This document shows positions 16,373 through 26,630 of a stretch of 64,000 nt of DNA, one piece after another. Position 1 is the stretch's first letter. Each line of letters opens with the position of its first letter. The notes beneath the pieces were generated by a model. The model saw nothing but the letters and a program-made list of their open reading frames with translations. It ran no database searches and had not been told where the DNA came from. A program made the translations under genes and the position numbers. Source of the stretch: Eubacteriales bacterium (lineage in GTDB: Bacteria; Bacillota; Desulfotomaculia; Desulfotomaculales; Nap2-2B); the NCBI GenBank assembly GCA_041653135.1, contig JBAZGB010000002.1:24838-88837 (forward strand). Reading direction: 5' to 3'.

Positions 16373-18061
16373 TCAGCTTCTTGACCTGATCATAGAAATC
16401 ACCAGTACCAAAACAATAATAGCAGCCGAAACCAAACCTATTTTTAAGACTGTAATATTGAAAAAATACATTTCGTTGCTTGTATCCGCGTTAAGGCCGG
16501 AGCTAATAAGGACTCCGGCGATGATAATGCTTACGGCAAGCAATATCATGCTGAAGGATATCCTGTTGAAGATTCGTTCCAACCGCCTTTGAAGTTTATC
16601 CATCTCTTTCATCTCAAATTGAACGGCAAAGTCTGCATCTGCCGCTTTATGCAGAAGGTTTTGCATTGCGGTCGGAAATTCGCTCAACAGATTCCAGTAA
16701 TCGAATAAGCTTTTTTTTATTCCACTTCCCATTCTCTCGACTGAAAGCGACTGATAACGCAGCTTTTTAGCGATAGGTTTCGCAATAACAAGGGCGTTAA
16801 GATCCGGGGCCAGTTTTTCCAGCAGTCCTTGAAGAGTTGTCAATGTTTTGGAAAGCAAAGCAAATTCACGGGGTGTTTTTACATGGTTCAAAAACGCAAT
16901 ATGAAAGATTTCCTGGAGCAGCTTATCAATTTTCATCTCGCTCATGGGCATCGTAAGGTACTTTTCGATCAGCGCACCAATGTCCTTTTCAAAACCCTTC
17001 ACATTGCTTCGAGCAGTTGCGGCGTCCATATCAAAGATGGAGCTGACCACCATTCGACTGTCTTTAAAGGCAACTCCTATAAAAAAATTGGAGATCGATC
17101 TTTTCCGGGATTCATTGAGGAAACCTACCATCCCCAAATCAAGAAATATGATGGTGCCGTCCGGCATGACCTGAATATTGCCCGGATGCGGGTCCGCATG
17201 AAAAAAACCGTCTCTGAGCACTTGATTACAGATGGATGCGGCAAGCCTCTCAGCGATCTTTCTACGGTTAATGCCCGCCAGATCCAAGGCCGCTGAATCG
17301 CTGATCTTGATGCCTTCAAAATACTCCATGGTGAGAACCCGCTTTGTCGTATATATCCACTTCACTTTTGGGACTGTTACGCCTTCGTCCCGGCTGAAAT
17401 TAAGCCTGAAGGTATCCGCATTTTCTCCCTCTTTTGTAAAATCCAGTTCATTTTTAATCGTGTTATCAAAATCCGCCACCATACCGCTAAAATCATAAAT
17501 CCTCCCGTATTTTGTGTGATGGTCGAGAAGATGCGCCATATCTTTCAGAATACCTAAATCCAGATCGATGAGTCTTTCTATTTCCGGCCTCTGAACCTTT
17601 ACGGCCACCTGCTTCCCCGAAATCAGTCTGGCGCGATGGACTTGGGATATGGATGCCGCGGCTACAGGTACCTCATCAAATTCTTTAAAGATATTTCCCA
17701 GAGTATCATTAAATTCCGTTTCAATGAGTGTCTTTACCTCGGTAAAAGAAAACGGCCGCACCGAGTCCTGCAGCTTTTTAAGCTCTTCAATGATGTCAGC
17801 CGGTAAAATATCCCGCCGTATGCTTAAAATTTGACCCAGTTTAACAAACGTCGGACCCAGCTCTTCCAAGGCCATTTTCAGCCTTCTTCCCGCTGAAGCT
17901 CCGGCATTGTCAGGTGTGGTTCCGGCATCTGAAATTCTATCTTTTGGCCTTAAAGAATAATGGAGCCTAAGTTGCTTTACAAGCAATCCGAACCCATGTT
18001 TTGTAAAAACAGCGATGATTTCTTTATACCTTCTGGCACGAACGCGCCTGTAACCCATCAT
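16373..18061 (-). CDS. ABC1/UbiB-family atypical protein kinase with C-terminal TM helices
   Basis: 562 aa with ABC1 hallmarks (PTFVKLGQILSIRRDILP, AAASISQVHRA, GFFHADPHPGNI). Confidence 0.9.
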   Translation of the reverse strand: MMGYRRVRARRYKEIIAVFTKHGFGLLVKQLRLHYSLRPKDRISDAGTTPDNAGASAGRRLKMALEELGPTFVKLGQILSIRRDILPADIIEELKKLQDSVRPFSFTEVKTLIETEFNDTLGNIFKEFDEVPVAAASISQVHRARLISGKQVAVKVQRPEIERLIDLDLGILKDMAHLLDHHTKYGRIYDFSGMVADFDNTIKNELDFTKEGENADTFRLNFSRDEGVTVPKVKWIYTTKRVLTMEYFEGIKISDSAALDLAGINRRKIAERLAASICNQVLRDGFFHADPHPGNIQVMPDGTIIFLDLGMVGFLNESRKRSISNFFIGVAFKDSRMVVSSIFDMDAATARSNVKGFEKDIGALIEKYLTMPMSEMKIDKLLQEIFHIAFLNHVKTPREFALLSKTLTTLQGLLEKLAPDLNALVIAKPIAKKLRYQSLSVERMGSGIKKSLFDYWNLLSEFPTAMQNLLHKAADADFAVQFEMKEMDKLQRRLERIFNRISFSMILLAVSIIIAGVLISSGLNADTSNEMYFFNITVLKIGLVSAAIIVLVLVISMIRSRS

Positions 18062-18210
18062 ACCAACTCTATCCTGCGATTCCGCACTATTTAAGCAGAG
18101 GGGAAAGGGGGCATTCCTATCTTTTCATCACATAACAAAAGCATATTTAGATGGGTTTGCCCTCTTTCCCGAGTCTGCTGCTTTTCCGGCACTCTAAAAC
18201 ATTTATCCCT

Positions 18211-18549
18211 TTACTTTGTGCTCTCGTTTTTGCAGTATCCCTGTTCCCGGAGTACTTGCTGTACTTGTTCTCTGACAATTTCTCTGATTTCATCTTTTGT
18301 AACAAGGTCCCCTTTTTGCGCCACATCCACATGATCCAGAGCTTTGATGACCTCATTTTGAATCAATTTTTTCAGTTCTTCTCTTTGCTCTTCACCTCTT
18401 TGCATAAGTTCGCCTGCAAACTGACGGGCGTCTTTTTTGGCCACCTCGCCTTTGCCCACCAATTCCTCCACCAATTCTTCCACTTTTTCCCGCGAATACA
18501 AGAGAAGTCCTAACCCGATGTTGATTGACTTTTCAAATGCGTTCGACAT
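18211..18549 (-). CDS. Phasin-like coiled-coil protein (PHA-granule/phasin family), partner of the ABC1 kinase
   Basis: MSNAFEKSINIGLGLLLYSREKVEELVEELVGKGEVAKKDARQFAGELMQRGEEQREEL. ATG 18549 has better RBS spacing (gaaggag plus 10 nt) than the track start at 18558. Confidence 0.75.
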   Translation of the reverse strand: MSNAFEKSINIGLGLLLYSREKVEELVEELVGKGEVAKKDARQFAGELMQRGEEQREELKKLIQNEVIKALDHVDVAQKGDLVTKDEIREIVREQVQQVLREQGYCKNESTK

Positions 18550-18566
18550 AATATACACACTCCTTC

Positions 18567-19151
18567 TTAATTTAATAGACTCTCTGCCAAATTTAAGGAG
18601 TCAAAGGCACTGTCCTCCTGGTCGGAACCGAGTATTATTTGAATGGAGGTTCCGAGTAAGGCGCCGAGAATTAATTTAGCTACCGTCTTGGGAGAATATT
18701 CAAGATATCTTTTCTTGATTTTCGGGTCGGTCAAGAGGTTTCTTTCAATAATCTCCGTTAACTCACGAAATAAGCTGTCCAGTTGTTTTCTAAAGGATGG
18801 AAGCCATAAAGCCTGTGCTATAAAATCAATAAAAAATTTTAAAAGGTTTGGTTTATCCCTAAGCAGTTCTTTAAAGAACCTCACGAGGGACGCGAGCTTT
18901 TCTTTCTCATCTGTGGCAGATTCTAAATTTGATTCTATTTCGTGCAAATATTGGAGTATCATCATATTGATAACTTCAATGAACAATTTTTCTTTATTCT
19001 TATAGTAGTATGTCAGTTGGCTTAACGCGACTCCGGCTTCCTCGGCAATATTTCGCATGGATACATTAGCATAGCCTCTTGAAGAAAGACATTCAAAGGC
19101 AGTTACAAGGATTTTCTCAGATGGGTTTGTTTTATCGGTCTTTTGCTGCAT
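18567..19151 (-). CDS. TetR/AcrR-family transcriptional regulator
   Basis: 194 aa with an N-terminal TetR HTH (GYANVSMRNIAEEAGVALSQLTYYYKNKEKLF). It is the first gene of the TetR-phasin-ABC1 operon. Confidence 0.88.
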   Translation of the reverse strand: MQQKTDKTNPSEKILVTAFECLSSRGYANVSMRNIAEEAGVALSQLTYYYKNKEKLFIEVINMMILQYLHEIESNLESATDEKEKLASLVRFFKELLRDKPNLLKFFIDFIAQALWLPSFRKQLDSLFRELTEIIERNLLTDPKIKKRYLEYSPKTVAKLILGALLGTSIQIILGSDQEDSAFDSLNLAESLLN

Positions 19152-19170
19152 GTAGCACCTCCAAGCTATT

Positions 19171-19218
19171 GGTCGTACGTACGTCCTAAGTTTATCATAA
19201 TTTTTTTGGCTATGTCAA
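19171..19218 (-). promoter_or_regulatory. Putative promoter plus palindromic operator of the TetR operon
   Basis: On the minus strand: TTGACA (19218-19213), an 18-nt spacer, TAAACT, then the palindrome GGACGTACGTACGACC (19186-19171; the core CGTACGTACG is perfectly self-complementary), directly upstream of RBS ggaggtg and ATG 19151. Confidence 0.4.
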
Positions 19219-19782
19219 GTAACCCGCCATTGATAATAGCTATACAGGGAGGGGGCGTACCTCCTTTTTCATTCAGGTCCATGTTTCGCCGGAAAAGGAG
19301 CTGTTGTCGGGAGACACCCAGGTAGCCGCAGCAATCAAAAACAAGAACAGGACAAGAACAACACTGCCCCATTAAGTTAGAAAATATTGATTTTATATTA
19401 ATTTTATATTAATTTTTTTGTAAGTATTCAGTGAACTCGCTTTAACCCCATAACCCTGCCGCTTCCTACGTTTTCCTAATAATTTGTATGGGTAGTGCCT
19501 TCCGCAGCGGCTTTTGCCAAATTGAACATGGTCCGTTCATGATCTTCAGGCGCCATAATTTCAAAACAGCTTCTCCCTAACAACTTGTTAAAACTCTAAT
19601 ATATACCGTTCAAGTCCGTGATTCCTATGCTATTTTGTCGAATTACAATTTCAATCAGTTTTAAGAACCAGTCATCGAAGTCCCTTCCGCGCATACAATT
19701 TTATTGTGGGGGGCATCAGGGCACTCCTCCCTTTAAAACGGCGTGGTTTCTTCATGTAAAATACGAAGGGATGTTAATATGC

Positions 19783-20811
19783 ATGACCGTTACTGTAAAG
19801 GTTATCGGCTCCAGGCATGAGCTTTTAGATTTTGCTTATTTTCCCGTTCAAATCTACCGTCAGGAAAAGCACCGCCCCTGGACAACACCCGACGAAATGC
19901 TCAATATGCTCAGTTTCCTGAACACATATTGGCTCAAAGCAAAGTATAAATGCTTTTTGGCCGTTGAAAACGGCGAGATTGTTGGAAGATTGGCCGCCGT
20001 ATACGACCCCCGCACACCCAAAACAGGTTTTTTTGGAGCCCTGGAGACTAAAGACCTGGAAAGAGTGGCGGAAAATCTGTTTAAAGCTGCGGAGGAATGG
20101 CTGACCGTTCAAGGGACGGAAGAAATTACAGGCCCGGCCACTTTTAATACCAACCAGCAGGTAGGCCTCCTGATCGAAGGTTTTGACGAACCGCCGCAAC
20201 CCTTTATACCCTATAATCCGCCCTATTACAAGCGTCTGGTTGAAGGGTGCGGTTTTACAAAGTTAAATGATTTACTCTCTTACAAGTACCCCGCCGATCA
20301 GGGCTTGCCGGCCGCCATTAACAGGGTTGCCGGCCGCTGTGCGCAAAAAACGGGACTGCTCATGCGCAGCCTGAATATAACCCGGCTGTCCGGGGAAGCA
20401 GAAACGATCAGGTTAATCCTAAACGAGGCAATGGCTGAAAACTGGGGATATATACCGCTGTCGCGCCGGGAAGTGGAAGGGATGCTTTATTTCTGCCTGT
20501 CCCGGGGGGACCCTTCGCTTGTTTTAACAATCTTAATAGATTCGGAACCGGCGGCCTTCTCCATGTCCTTACCGGGAAGCGCAAGACATTGCGCCCGGGT
20601 CGCCCTTCTCGCAGTAGTCCCGCGCTTTCGTTTTAAGGGACTGGAAGCGCTGCTGTTTCAAAAAACACAGTCTGTTCTTTCATCAAAGGGCTACAAAACG
20701 GTTGAAGCTTCTCAAATCAGCGAAAACAACCTTCCGATGCTCAAGTTAATCCCCAAACTGGAAAACTGCCGGTTGATCAAGCGCCACCGGTTTTATAGAA
20801 AGGATCTTTAA
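19783..20811 (+). CDS. GNAT-like N-acetyltransferase family protein (uncertain function)
   Basis: I place the start at ATG 19783 (RBS gaaggga). The track start 19618 adds implausible sequence. The core reads EIVGRLAAVYDPR..GFFGALE...GPATFNTNQQVGLLIEGFDEPPQPFIPYNPPYYKRL. Confidence 0.7.
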   Translation: MTVTVKVIGSRHELLDFAYFPVQIYRQEKHRPWTTPDEMLNMLSFLNTYWLKAKYKCFLAVENGEIVGRLAAVYDPRTPKTGFFGALETKDLERVAENLFKAAEEWLTVQGTEEITGPATFNTNQQVGLLIEGFDEPPQPFIPYNPPYYKRLVEGCGFTKLNDLLSYKYPADQGLPAAINRVAGRCAQKTGLLMRSLNITRLSGEAETIRLILNEAMAENWGYIPLSRREVEGMLYFCLSRGDPSLVLTILIDSEPAAFSMSLPGSARHCARVALLAVVPRFRFKGLEALLFQKTQSVLSSKGYKTVEASQISENNLPMLKLIPKLENCRLIKRHRFYRKDL

Positions 20812-20816
20812 AGATG

Positions 20817-22967
20817 CTATTTTTTCGGGTTAAAGTAAACTTTTACAACGCTGCCCGGTTTCACCCCCGAGCCTGCCGGGGGGTTTTGATACAGGGCCAG
20901 CCCGCTGCCTCCAGCCTTGATCCCTAAGCCGAGTTCTTCCAGCAGGACAGCCGCTTTTTTAAGTGTAAGGCCTTTCAAATCGGGGACGGTTATTTTATCC
21001 GGGGGTTTGGATAAATCAAAGGGAGTTACATTAAGCGTGATCAGGCTCCCTTTGATCAAATTGCTTCCGCCCCCGGGTTTCTGCCCGGATACAACCCCAC
21101 GAGGCGCTGAAGCCCAGCATACAAGGCCGCTGTCTTTAATCAGCCGGACTGCATCATCGACGGGAAATCCGACTACATTCGGCGCCGCAATACGTGAAGG
21201 AACCTCATCCGGAGCAGGCAATTCCTCCTGGTCCTTCCAGTCGCTGCTGAATTCCTGGGGAACGCCGAGGTATACAAGAGTATCCCGCATCACTGACTGG
21301 AAGGCTGGAGCGGCGATCTCCCCCCCGTGATACTGGCCTCCCTTAGGCTCATCAATTACAACAAGAACCGCTGCCCGTGGATTATCCAGCGGACCGTATC
21401 CCACAAAAGAAGCTACATATTTCCCCTCTTCATATCCATGGGGCCCAGGGACCTGGGCCGTTCCCGTCTTGCCGGCGATCCTGTACCCTTCAACCTGCGC
21501 CCTTTTTCCGGTGCCTTCCAGAACAACTTCTTCCATCATGGAAGAAAGAGTCCTGGCAGTTTCCCCGGAAATTGTGCTGCGGACCACTTGAGGCTTAAAT
21601 TCTTTAACGACTTTTCCCTGATCATCCTCAAACGCCTTGACAAAATAAGGTTTCATCAACTTGCCGCCGTTAGCTATCGCGCATGCTCCCGTAATCAGCT
21701 GAATGGGAGTAACGGCGATGCTCTGTCCTATGGACATGGTAGCCAAATCAAGCTCTGTGGCTTTTTTCTTATCCCTGAGGACACCGGATTCCTCCCCAGG
21801 CAGATCTATCCCTGTGCGGGCGCCGAAGCCAAATCCCTTCAGGTACTCGTACATATTCTCTTTGCCCAGCCTTTTGCCTACCTGAATTAAAACCACATTG
21901 CAGGAATTGCCCACCGCCTCTATAAATGACTGACTGCCGTGCCCACTTCTTTTCCAGCAGTAAATCCTGCTGCCATTTACTACAATCGAACCGGGGTCAT
22001 AAAATCTTTCACCCGGACTGACGATCCCTTTCTCCAGGGCGGCGGCGGCAATAAACATTTTAAAAGTCGAGCCGGGCTCGTAATTGTATAGTACGGCTGT
22101 ATTTCCTTCCCACACACTTTGCGGTTCCTTGGACCAGTTCCCCGGATCATAGGTGGGCCGGTTTCCCATAGCCAGGATCTGCCCGGTCGTAGGATCCATA
22201 ACGATTATTGCAGCCCTGGCCGGCTTATAGGAAGCTATCAGCTTATCCAGTTCCCGTTCAACAAAAAATTGAATTGTCTGGTCTATGGTTAAAATCAGGT
22301 TGGCGCCGGGACTTAAAGGGCTAACATTTGTCTGTGCCTGGGGAACAGGCTGCCCCCAGGCGTCATTTTCAACTTTCGAAGAGCCGGGCTTGCCTTTTAA
22401 ATAACTGTCATAGGACTTTTCCAGGCCGGTTAAGCCCTGATTGTCATTGCCGACAAAGCCTAACAGGTGGGCGGCCATACTCCCCTGGGAGTAGGACCGT
22501 TTGCCTGTCTCGATCAGGCCGATTTCCTGAAGTTTGTGCTCTTTGATGAGATTTTTTAAGCGTTCCGCTGCGCTGTATTCAAGGTTATGCGTCAGCCAGA
22601 CAAAAGGTTCTTTACTGCAGAGCTTTTCGTATACCAGGGTTTGTTTTATACCAAGAATAGGCGCAATCTTTTCGGACAGGCCCTCCGGGTCTTTTATCTT
22701 TTTGGGCTGCTGTGCGTAAACTGAAAAGGCGGGAACGTTGGTGACCAGTACGTTGTGGTTGCAGTCGTAAATACTGCCGCGCTCGGGCTGCACAGTTACA
22801 TCCCGGGTGTGGAATTCCTCGGCCTGTTTTTTAAGGCTGGAACCCCAGACTATCTGCACCAAAAAAAGCCGGAAAATCAAAAAGAAGAGGGCAAAGGCAA
22901 ACAGGATAAAAATAAGGGCAAGCCTTTTAGTTGCCAAAGATTTTTTAGCAGAAGCCAGATCAGACAT
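20817..22967 (-). CDS. Penicillin-binding transpeptidase, PBP2B/SpoVD/FtsI class, with two C-terminal PASTA domains
   Basis: N-terminal TM, dimerisation domain, and transpeptidase motifs (STFK in YEPGSTFKM, SCN in VGNSCNV, KTGT in AGKTGTA), followed by two PASTA-like repeats. ATG 22967 is preferred (RBS ggaagg). Confidence 0.9.
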   Translation of the reverse strand: MSDLASAKKSLATKRLALIFILFAFALFFLIFRLFLVQIVWGSSLKKQAEEFHTRDVTVQPERGSIYDCNHNVLVTNVPAFSVYAQQPKKIKDPEGLSEKIAPILGIKQTLVYEKLCSKEPFVWLTHNLEYSAAERLKNLIKEHKLQEIGLIETGKRSYSQGSMAAHLLGFVGNDNQGLTGLEKSYDSYLKGKPGSSKVENDAWGQPVPQAQTNVSPLSPGANLILTIDQTIQFFVERELDKLIASYKPARAAIIVMDPTTGQILAMGNRPTYDPGNWSKEPQSVWEGNTAVLYNYEPGSTFKMFIAAAALEKGIVSPGERFYDPGSIVVNGSRIYCWKRSGHGSQSFIEAVGNSCNVVLIQVGKRLGKENMYEYLKGFGFGARTGIDLPGEESGVLRDKKKATELDLATMSIGQSIAVTPIQLITGACAIANGGKLMKPYFVKAFEDDQGKVVKEFKPQVVRSTISGETARTLSSMMEEVVLEGTGKRAQVEGYRIAGKTGTAQVPGPHGYEEGKYVASFVGYGPLDNPRAAVLVVIDEPKGGQYHGGEIAAPAFQSVMRDTLVYLGVPQEFSSDWKDQEELPAPDEVPSRIAAPNVVGFPVDDAVRLIKDSGLVCWASAPRGVVSGQKPGGGSNLIKGSLITLNVTPFDLSKPPDKITVPDLKGLTLKKAAVLLEELGLGIKAGGSGLALYQNPPAGSGVKPGSVVKVYFNPKK

Positions 22968-22981
22968 CTCCCACCTTCCTT

Positions 22982-23605
22982 TTAGGAGCAACTGAGGTGG
23001 CTGAGGTCGTTGAAAAGAACCAGTGTACCCCAGTCGGGGGAGTTGAAATCGATGATATTCAGACAGGCGTTGTCCAGGCGCAGCCGCCAGTAGTGCACTA
23101 AATCCATGCCCAGAAGAACTGCAACAACAGCTCTGATGACGCCTCCGTGGGAAACGACGACTATCTCCTGATCATCCAGATGGCGCTCCACAATCGACCG
23201 GATAGCCTCATTAACCCGCTCGGACATCTGAGAAAAAGACTCCCCTTTAGAGCTTGAGTTGTCGAAGGGACTGTCCCACCAGTTTTTGCCGGACTCAATC
23301 AATTTGTTCTTGACTTCTTGAGTAAAAACCTTTCCTTCCCAGTTCCCAAAATTGACTTCCCTCAACTCCGGCACATGCATTACAGGCAGGTTATGGGGCT
23401 GGGCTAAAATCTCCGCCGTTTTTACCGCTCTTGTTAAATCACTTGCATAAAAAGCTGTTATTTTGTAATCTCTTAAACGCCTGGCCAAAAATTCAGCCTG
23501 CTCAATTCCAATTCCGGAAAGAGGCACATCCGTATGTCCCTGAAATTTAAACTCGGCATTCCAGTTTGTCTGACCGTGTCTTATAAAATAAATCCGGCAG
23601 CTCAA
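22982..23605 (-). CDS. Histidine phosphatase family protein (phosphoglycerate-mutase-like / CobC-like)
   Basis: RHG motif (IYFIRHGQTNWN) and VVSHGGVIR. I place the start at TTG 23605 (RBS gggagg plus 7 nt), which avoids the overlap with the upstream gene implied by the track start 23698. Confidence 0.85.
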   Translation of the reverse strand: MSCRIYFIRHGQTNWNAEFKFQGHTDVPLSGIGIEQAEFLARRLRDYKITAFYASDLTRAVKTAEILAQPHNLPVMHVPELREVNFGNWEGKVFTQEVKNKLIESGKNWWDSPFDNSSSKGESFSQMSERVNEAIRSIVERHLDDQEIVVVSHGGVIRAVVAVLLGMDLVHYWRLRLDNACLNIIDFNSPDWGTLVLFNDLSHLSCS

Positions 23606-23645
23606 AAAAAAACCTCCCAGAGAATCGTTACCGATATTGCTTAAT

Positions 23646-24074
23646 TCAACGTTCTTCCTTTTCAACCAACTCTTTAACTCTTTGCACAAGCTCGGCAATT
23701 AAATGGGGGAGAGGTTCGTACTTAAGGCCAACCAAATCAAACGCATTGCGGCTTAAGGGCAGAAGAATTTTACGGGCGGGACTTAAAGCGATAGCCTCGG
23801 CCATTCCAGACGTTAATTCCCCCAGCATTGCATGTGGTATTAAAATACTCACCGGCCCTACTATGAGGTTAACCCTCTGAGCATTGTAAATTATCGCATT
23901 TTCACCTGTTGCGCCCTCATTGGCTCCGGCCTTCAACATAACGGAAGTGGCCGCGGAGTTTGTCCCAAGGGCGAGGAGTTCAACATTTTCGGGCAGTTCC
24001 CGGCGGAGTTTGTCCATGATATGCCTGCCTATACCTCCGCCCTGTCCGTCAACAACCGCAATCCTCATTTTCAT
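23646..24074 (-). CDS. DUF3842-family protein
   Basis: MKMRIAVVDGQGGGIGRHI...LALGTNSAAT...; this N-terminal pattern is typical of DUF3842 (from memory). Confidence 0.75.
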   Translation of the reverse strand: MKMRIAVVDGQGGGIGRHIMDKLRRELPENVELLALGTNSAATSVMLKAGANEGATGENAIIYNAQRVNLIVGPVSILIPHAMLGELTSGMAEAIALSPARKILLPLSRNAFDLVGLKYEPLPHLIAELVQRVKELVEKEER

Positions 24075-24148
24075 CGCCCTAGTCAGTTATTATATCACAC
24101 CCGTTAAATATGAAAAGATGTTAGGAATATGAAATATGATCAGGAATT

Positions 24149-24409
24149 TCATCCTTCCTGATTTTTTGATTCCATTTCCACAATCTGAATATTTTTTTTG
24201 ACAATTGAACGGGCGTAACGATTGTTTATCAGATGCAATCTTTTGTTTTCTTTTTCCAGCCGCGTGAGTGAACAATTTTTTTCTTTTTCCAGCTTTTCCA
24301 CAAGATTTAGCAACACCCTCCGGCTCAGCCTCAACTGTTCAACTTTTTCTTCCAATTCTTCCACCCGCTGCTGCCAGTAGCAAACTTCGCCGCAACTGTC
24401 CAAGAGCAA
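24149..24409 (-). CDS. Hypothetical coiled-coil protein
   Basis: 86-aa ORF with heptad-rich sequence (VEELEEKVEQLRLSRRVLLNLVEKLEKEKN). No family recognised. Confidence 0.5.
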   Translation of the reverse strand: MLLDSCGEVCYWQQRVEELEEKVEQLRLSRRVLLNLVEKLEKEKNCSLTRLEKENKRLHLINNRYARSIVKKNIQIVEMESKNQEG

Positions 24410-24481
24410 TCACCCCCTTTTTAGTATATGGCCGTATGCTTCGATATAGACATTGACAGCCTGTGTAAAAGACGGCGGCTC

Positions 24482-25321
24482 TTATTCTTGCCCGGCGCAT
24501 TTTTTCAAATTCACAACCGACTGGTAAGGGACGGTAACTTCCCCGATATGCCCGTGCCTGGCCTGGTCCCCGTGAAAATCCGAGCCTCCCGTGGAAACAA
24601 GGTTATACAATCTGCAGGTTTTCAAAAAGCGGCTGATTATCTCGGGACTATGCCCGGGGTAATAGACTTCCAGACCCTGCAGCCCGTTTTTAACGAACTC
24701 GGGGATAAAAATTTCGCTGTTGTCAATAACAGGATGAGCCAGAACGGCAACACCGCCTGCATCGCGGATCAGTTGTATAGCCTCGCTCGTGCTGTATTTA
24801 AACCGCGGGACATAAGCGGGGCGCCCTGTGCCCAGGTATTGCTCAAAAGCCTGGGCAACAGACTGGACAATACCGGATTCAATAAGGGCTCTGGCCACAT
24901 GCGGACGGCCTACGGAACCCTTCCCGGCAGCAGCCAGAATCTGGTCTAAGGTTACCTGAATACCCAGATCACGCAACCTGGCTGCAATCCCGGCAACCCT
25001 TTCTTTTCTCTTCTGCAACAGCAGTTCAAGAAAAGACATAAAAACAGGGTTCGTATAATCCATCAGATAACCAAGCAGGTGGACCTCGCGGTCTTTATGC
25101 CCGGTGCTCATTTCAACGCCGGGCAACACCTCCAGTGATAACCTGCGGCCAGCTTCCAGAGCGGGGGCGATACCTGACGCGGTCTCGTGATCGGTAATGG
25201 CAATTGCTTTTAAACCGGCTGTTTTCGCCAGGTAAACAACTTGAGCAGGCGATTCGACGCCGTCGGAAGCGTTGGTATGAATATGCAGATCAGCAGACAA
25301 TACCTTCACCTGTTTTTCCAT
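24482..25321 (-). CDS. PHP-domain metal-dependent phosphoesterase
   Basis: DLHIHTNASDG...AITDHET...GGSDFHG, the PHP histidine/aspartate motifs. Confidence 0.85.
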   Translation of the reverse strand: MEKQVKVLSADLHIHTNASDGVESPAQVVYLAKTAGLKAIAITDHETASGIAPALEAGRRLSLEVLPGVEMSTGHKDREVHLLGYLMDYTNPVFMSFLELLLQKRKERVAGIAARLRDLGIQVTLDQILAAAGKGSVGRPHVARALIESGIVQSVAQAFEQYLGTGRPAYVPRFKYSTSEAIQLIRDAGGVAVLAHPVIDNSEIFIPEFVKNGLQGLEVYYPGHSPEIISRFLKTCRLYNLVSTGGSDFHGDQARHGHIGEVTVPYQSVVNLKKCAGQE

Positions 25322-26279
25322 TCCAGACTTTCTTAAACAAGCGCAAAAAATTACCTCCCAGGAACTTACGGATATCTTCCTCTTTATAGCTCCTGTGCAG
25401 GAGTCCCTCTGTCAGAGCAGGCAAATCACCTGCATCACCCAGACCTTTGAGTCGCCCGGAATACCCGTCAAAATCGGAGCCCAGCCCGATGCAGTCAACT
25501 CCGGCAATGGATACTATATAATCAATATGGTCAAGGAGTTTTTCCAGGGACGGGCTCTGCTGGTGGACAAAATCAGGAACAAATGTAAGGCCTATCACTC
25601 CACCGCCGGCAGCCAGGCCTTTGATCTGTTTATCAGTCAGGTTGCGGGGATGCGGGCAGACTGTCCCGCTGTTTGAGTGCGAAGCAATTACCGGCTGAGC
25701 AGAAACTTCCAGCACATTCCAGAAACCGGCTTCCGAAAGATGAGAAACATCTATTAACATGTTTAAGCGGTTCATTTCCTTTACAACTTCGACCCCTAAC
25801 TTGGTTAATCCGCCGTACGTCCACGCCTCGGCTACCCCGTCACCAAGCTCATTGCGGCCGTTCCAGGTAAGAGTAAGGCACCGCACGCCAAGGCGGTTAA
25901 ACATCCTGAGGACCTCAATCCGCCCCTCCAGCGCCTCGCCCCCCTCAACAGTCAGAATAGCGGCTACTTTATCAAGTTCAAGGGCTTTTTCAAGATCGTT
26001 GAAATCACGCACCACCATTATTTCCTCACTGCACTCGTCCAATTCACAATAAAAGCGGTCGAACAGTTCCATTGCCCTTCTCAGGTAATTCCCCCTGTAT
26101 CGGGGTGAAATAAAGGCGGCGAAAAACTGGACTTTCACCCCGCCCTTGCGAAGACGGGGCAAATCTACATGCCCGCTGTCCCTGCTCGCCTTTAAGCTGC
26201 AGTTTTCCCGCTCCAGGACAGTAAGAACATCGCAGTGAGCGTCTACAATAATACTGCTCGTGTGCAGCTGATGATTCAT
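25290..26279 (-). CDS. Membrane (M19, renal-type) dipeptidase family protein
   Basis: IIVDAHCDVL...LTLTWNGRNELGDG...DVSHLSE...ASHSN...GLGSDFDG. Confidence 0.88.
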   Translation of the reverse strand: MNHQLHTSSIIVDAHCDVLTVLERENCSLKASRDSGHVDLPRLRKGGVKVQFFAAFISPRYRGNYLRRAMELFDRFYCELDECSEEIMVVRDFNDLEKALELDKVAAILTVEGGEALEGRIEVLRMFNRLGVRCLTLTWNGRNELGDGVAEAWTYGGLTKLGVEVVKEMNRLNMLIDVSHLSEAGFWNVLEVSAQPVIASHSNSGTVCPHPRNLTDKQIKGLAAGGGVIGLTFVPDFVHQQSPSLEKLLDHIDYIVSIAGVDCIGLGSDFDGYSGRLKGLGDAGDLPALTEGLLHRSYKEEDIRKFLGGNFLRLFKKVWNGKTGEGIVC

Positions 26280-26310
26280 CCCGCACCTCCAAAAATTTTT
26301 TTAGGCGCAC

Positions 26311-26346
26311 AAAATCAAAAACCTGTTTATCAGAAATAAACAGGTT
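26311..26346 (-). terminator. Rho-independent terminator downstream of spoVS
   Basis: On the minus strand: AACCTGTTTAT-ttctg-ATAAACAGGTT followed by TTTTGATTTT. Confidence 0.7.
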
Positions 26347-26369
26347 GTAAAGATTCCTGCCCCTGAAAG

Positions 26370-26630
26370 CTAGCGGGGTTCGACAATTAGCTTGATTGCT
26401 GTTCTCTCTTCTCCATCTATGATGACGTCGGTAAAAGCAGGTATGCAAATCAGGTCGATTCCACTGGGGGCTATAAAACCTCGTGCAATAGCAATTGCCT
26501 TGATCGCCTGGTTGAGAGCCCCTGCGCCAATTGCCTGTATTTCCGCGCAGCCCCGTTCCCGGAGCACCCCGGCCAAAGCGCCAGCTACAGAATTTGGACT
26601 GGACTTTGCTGCTACTTTTAACACCTCCAT
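26370..26630 (-). CDS. spoVS: Stage V sporulation protein S
   Basis: 86 aa, MEVLKVAAKSSPNSVAGALAGVLRERG...ERTAIKLIVEPR, near-identical over its full length to the Bacillus SpoVS as I remember it. It ends with TAG at the family C-terminus. Confidence 0.95.
   Translation of the reverse strand: MEVLKVAAKSSPNSVAGALAGVLRERGCAEIQAIGAGALNQAIKAIAIARGFIAPSGIDLICIPAFTDVIIDGEERTAIKLIVEPR

Noticed and set aside
19388-19416. Tandem AT-rich 11-bp repeat (TTTTATATTAA x2) upstream of the TetR operon
   Set aside because: It is a very low-complexity AT tract with no dyad symmetry and no fit to promoter spacing. It is probably slippage noise.
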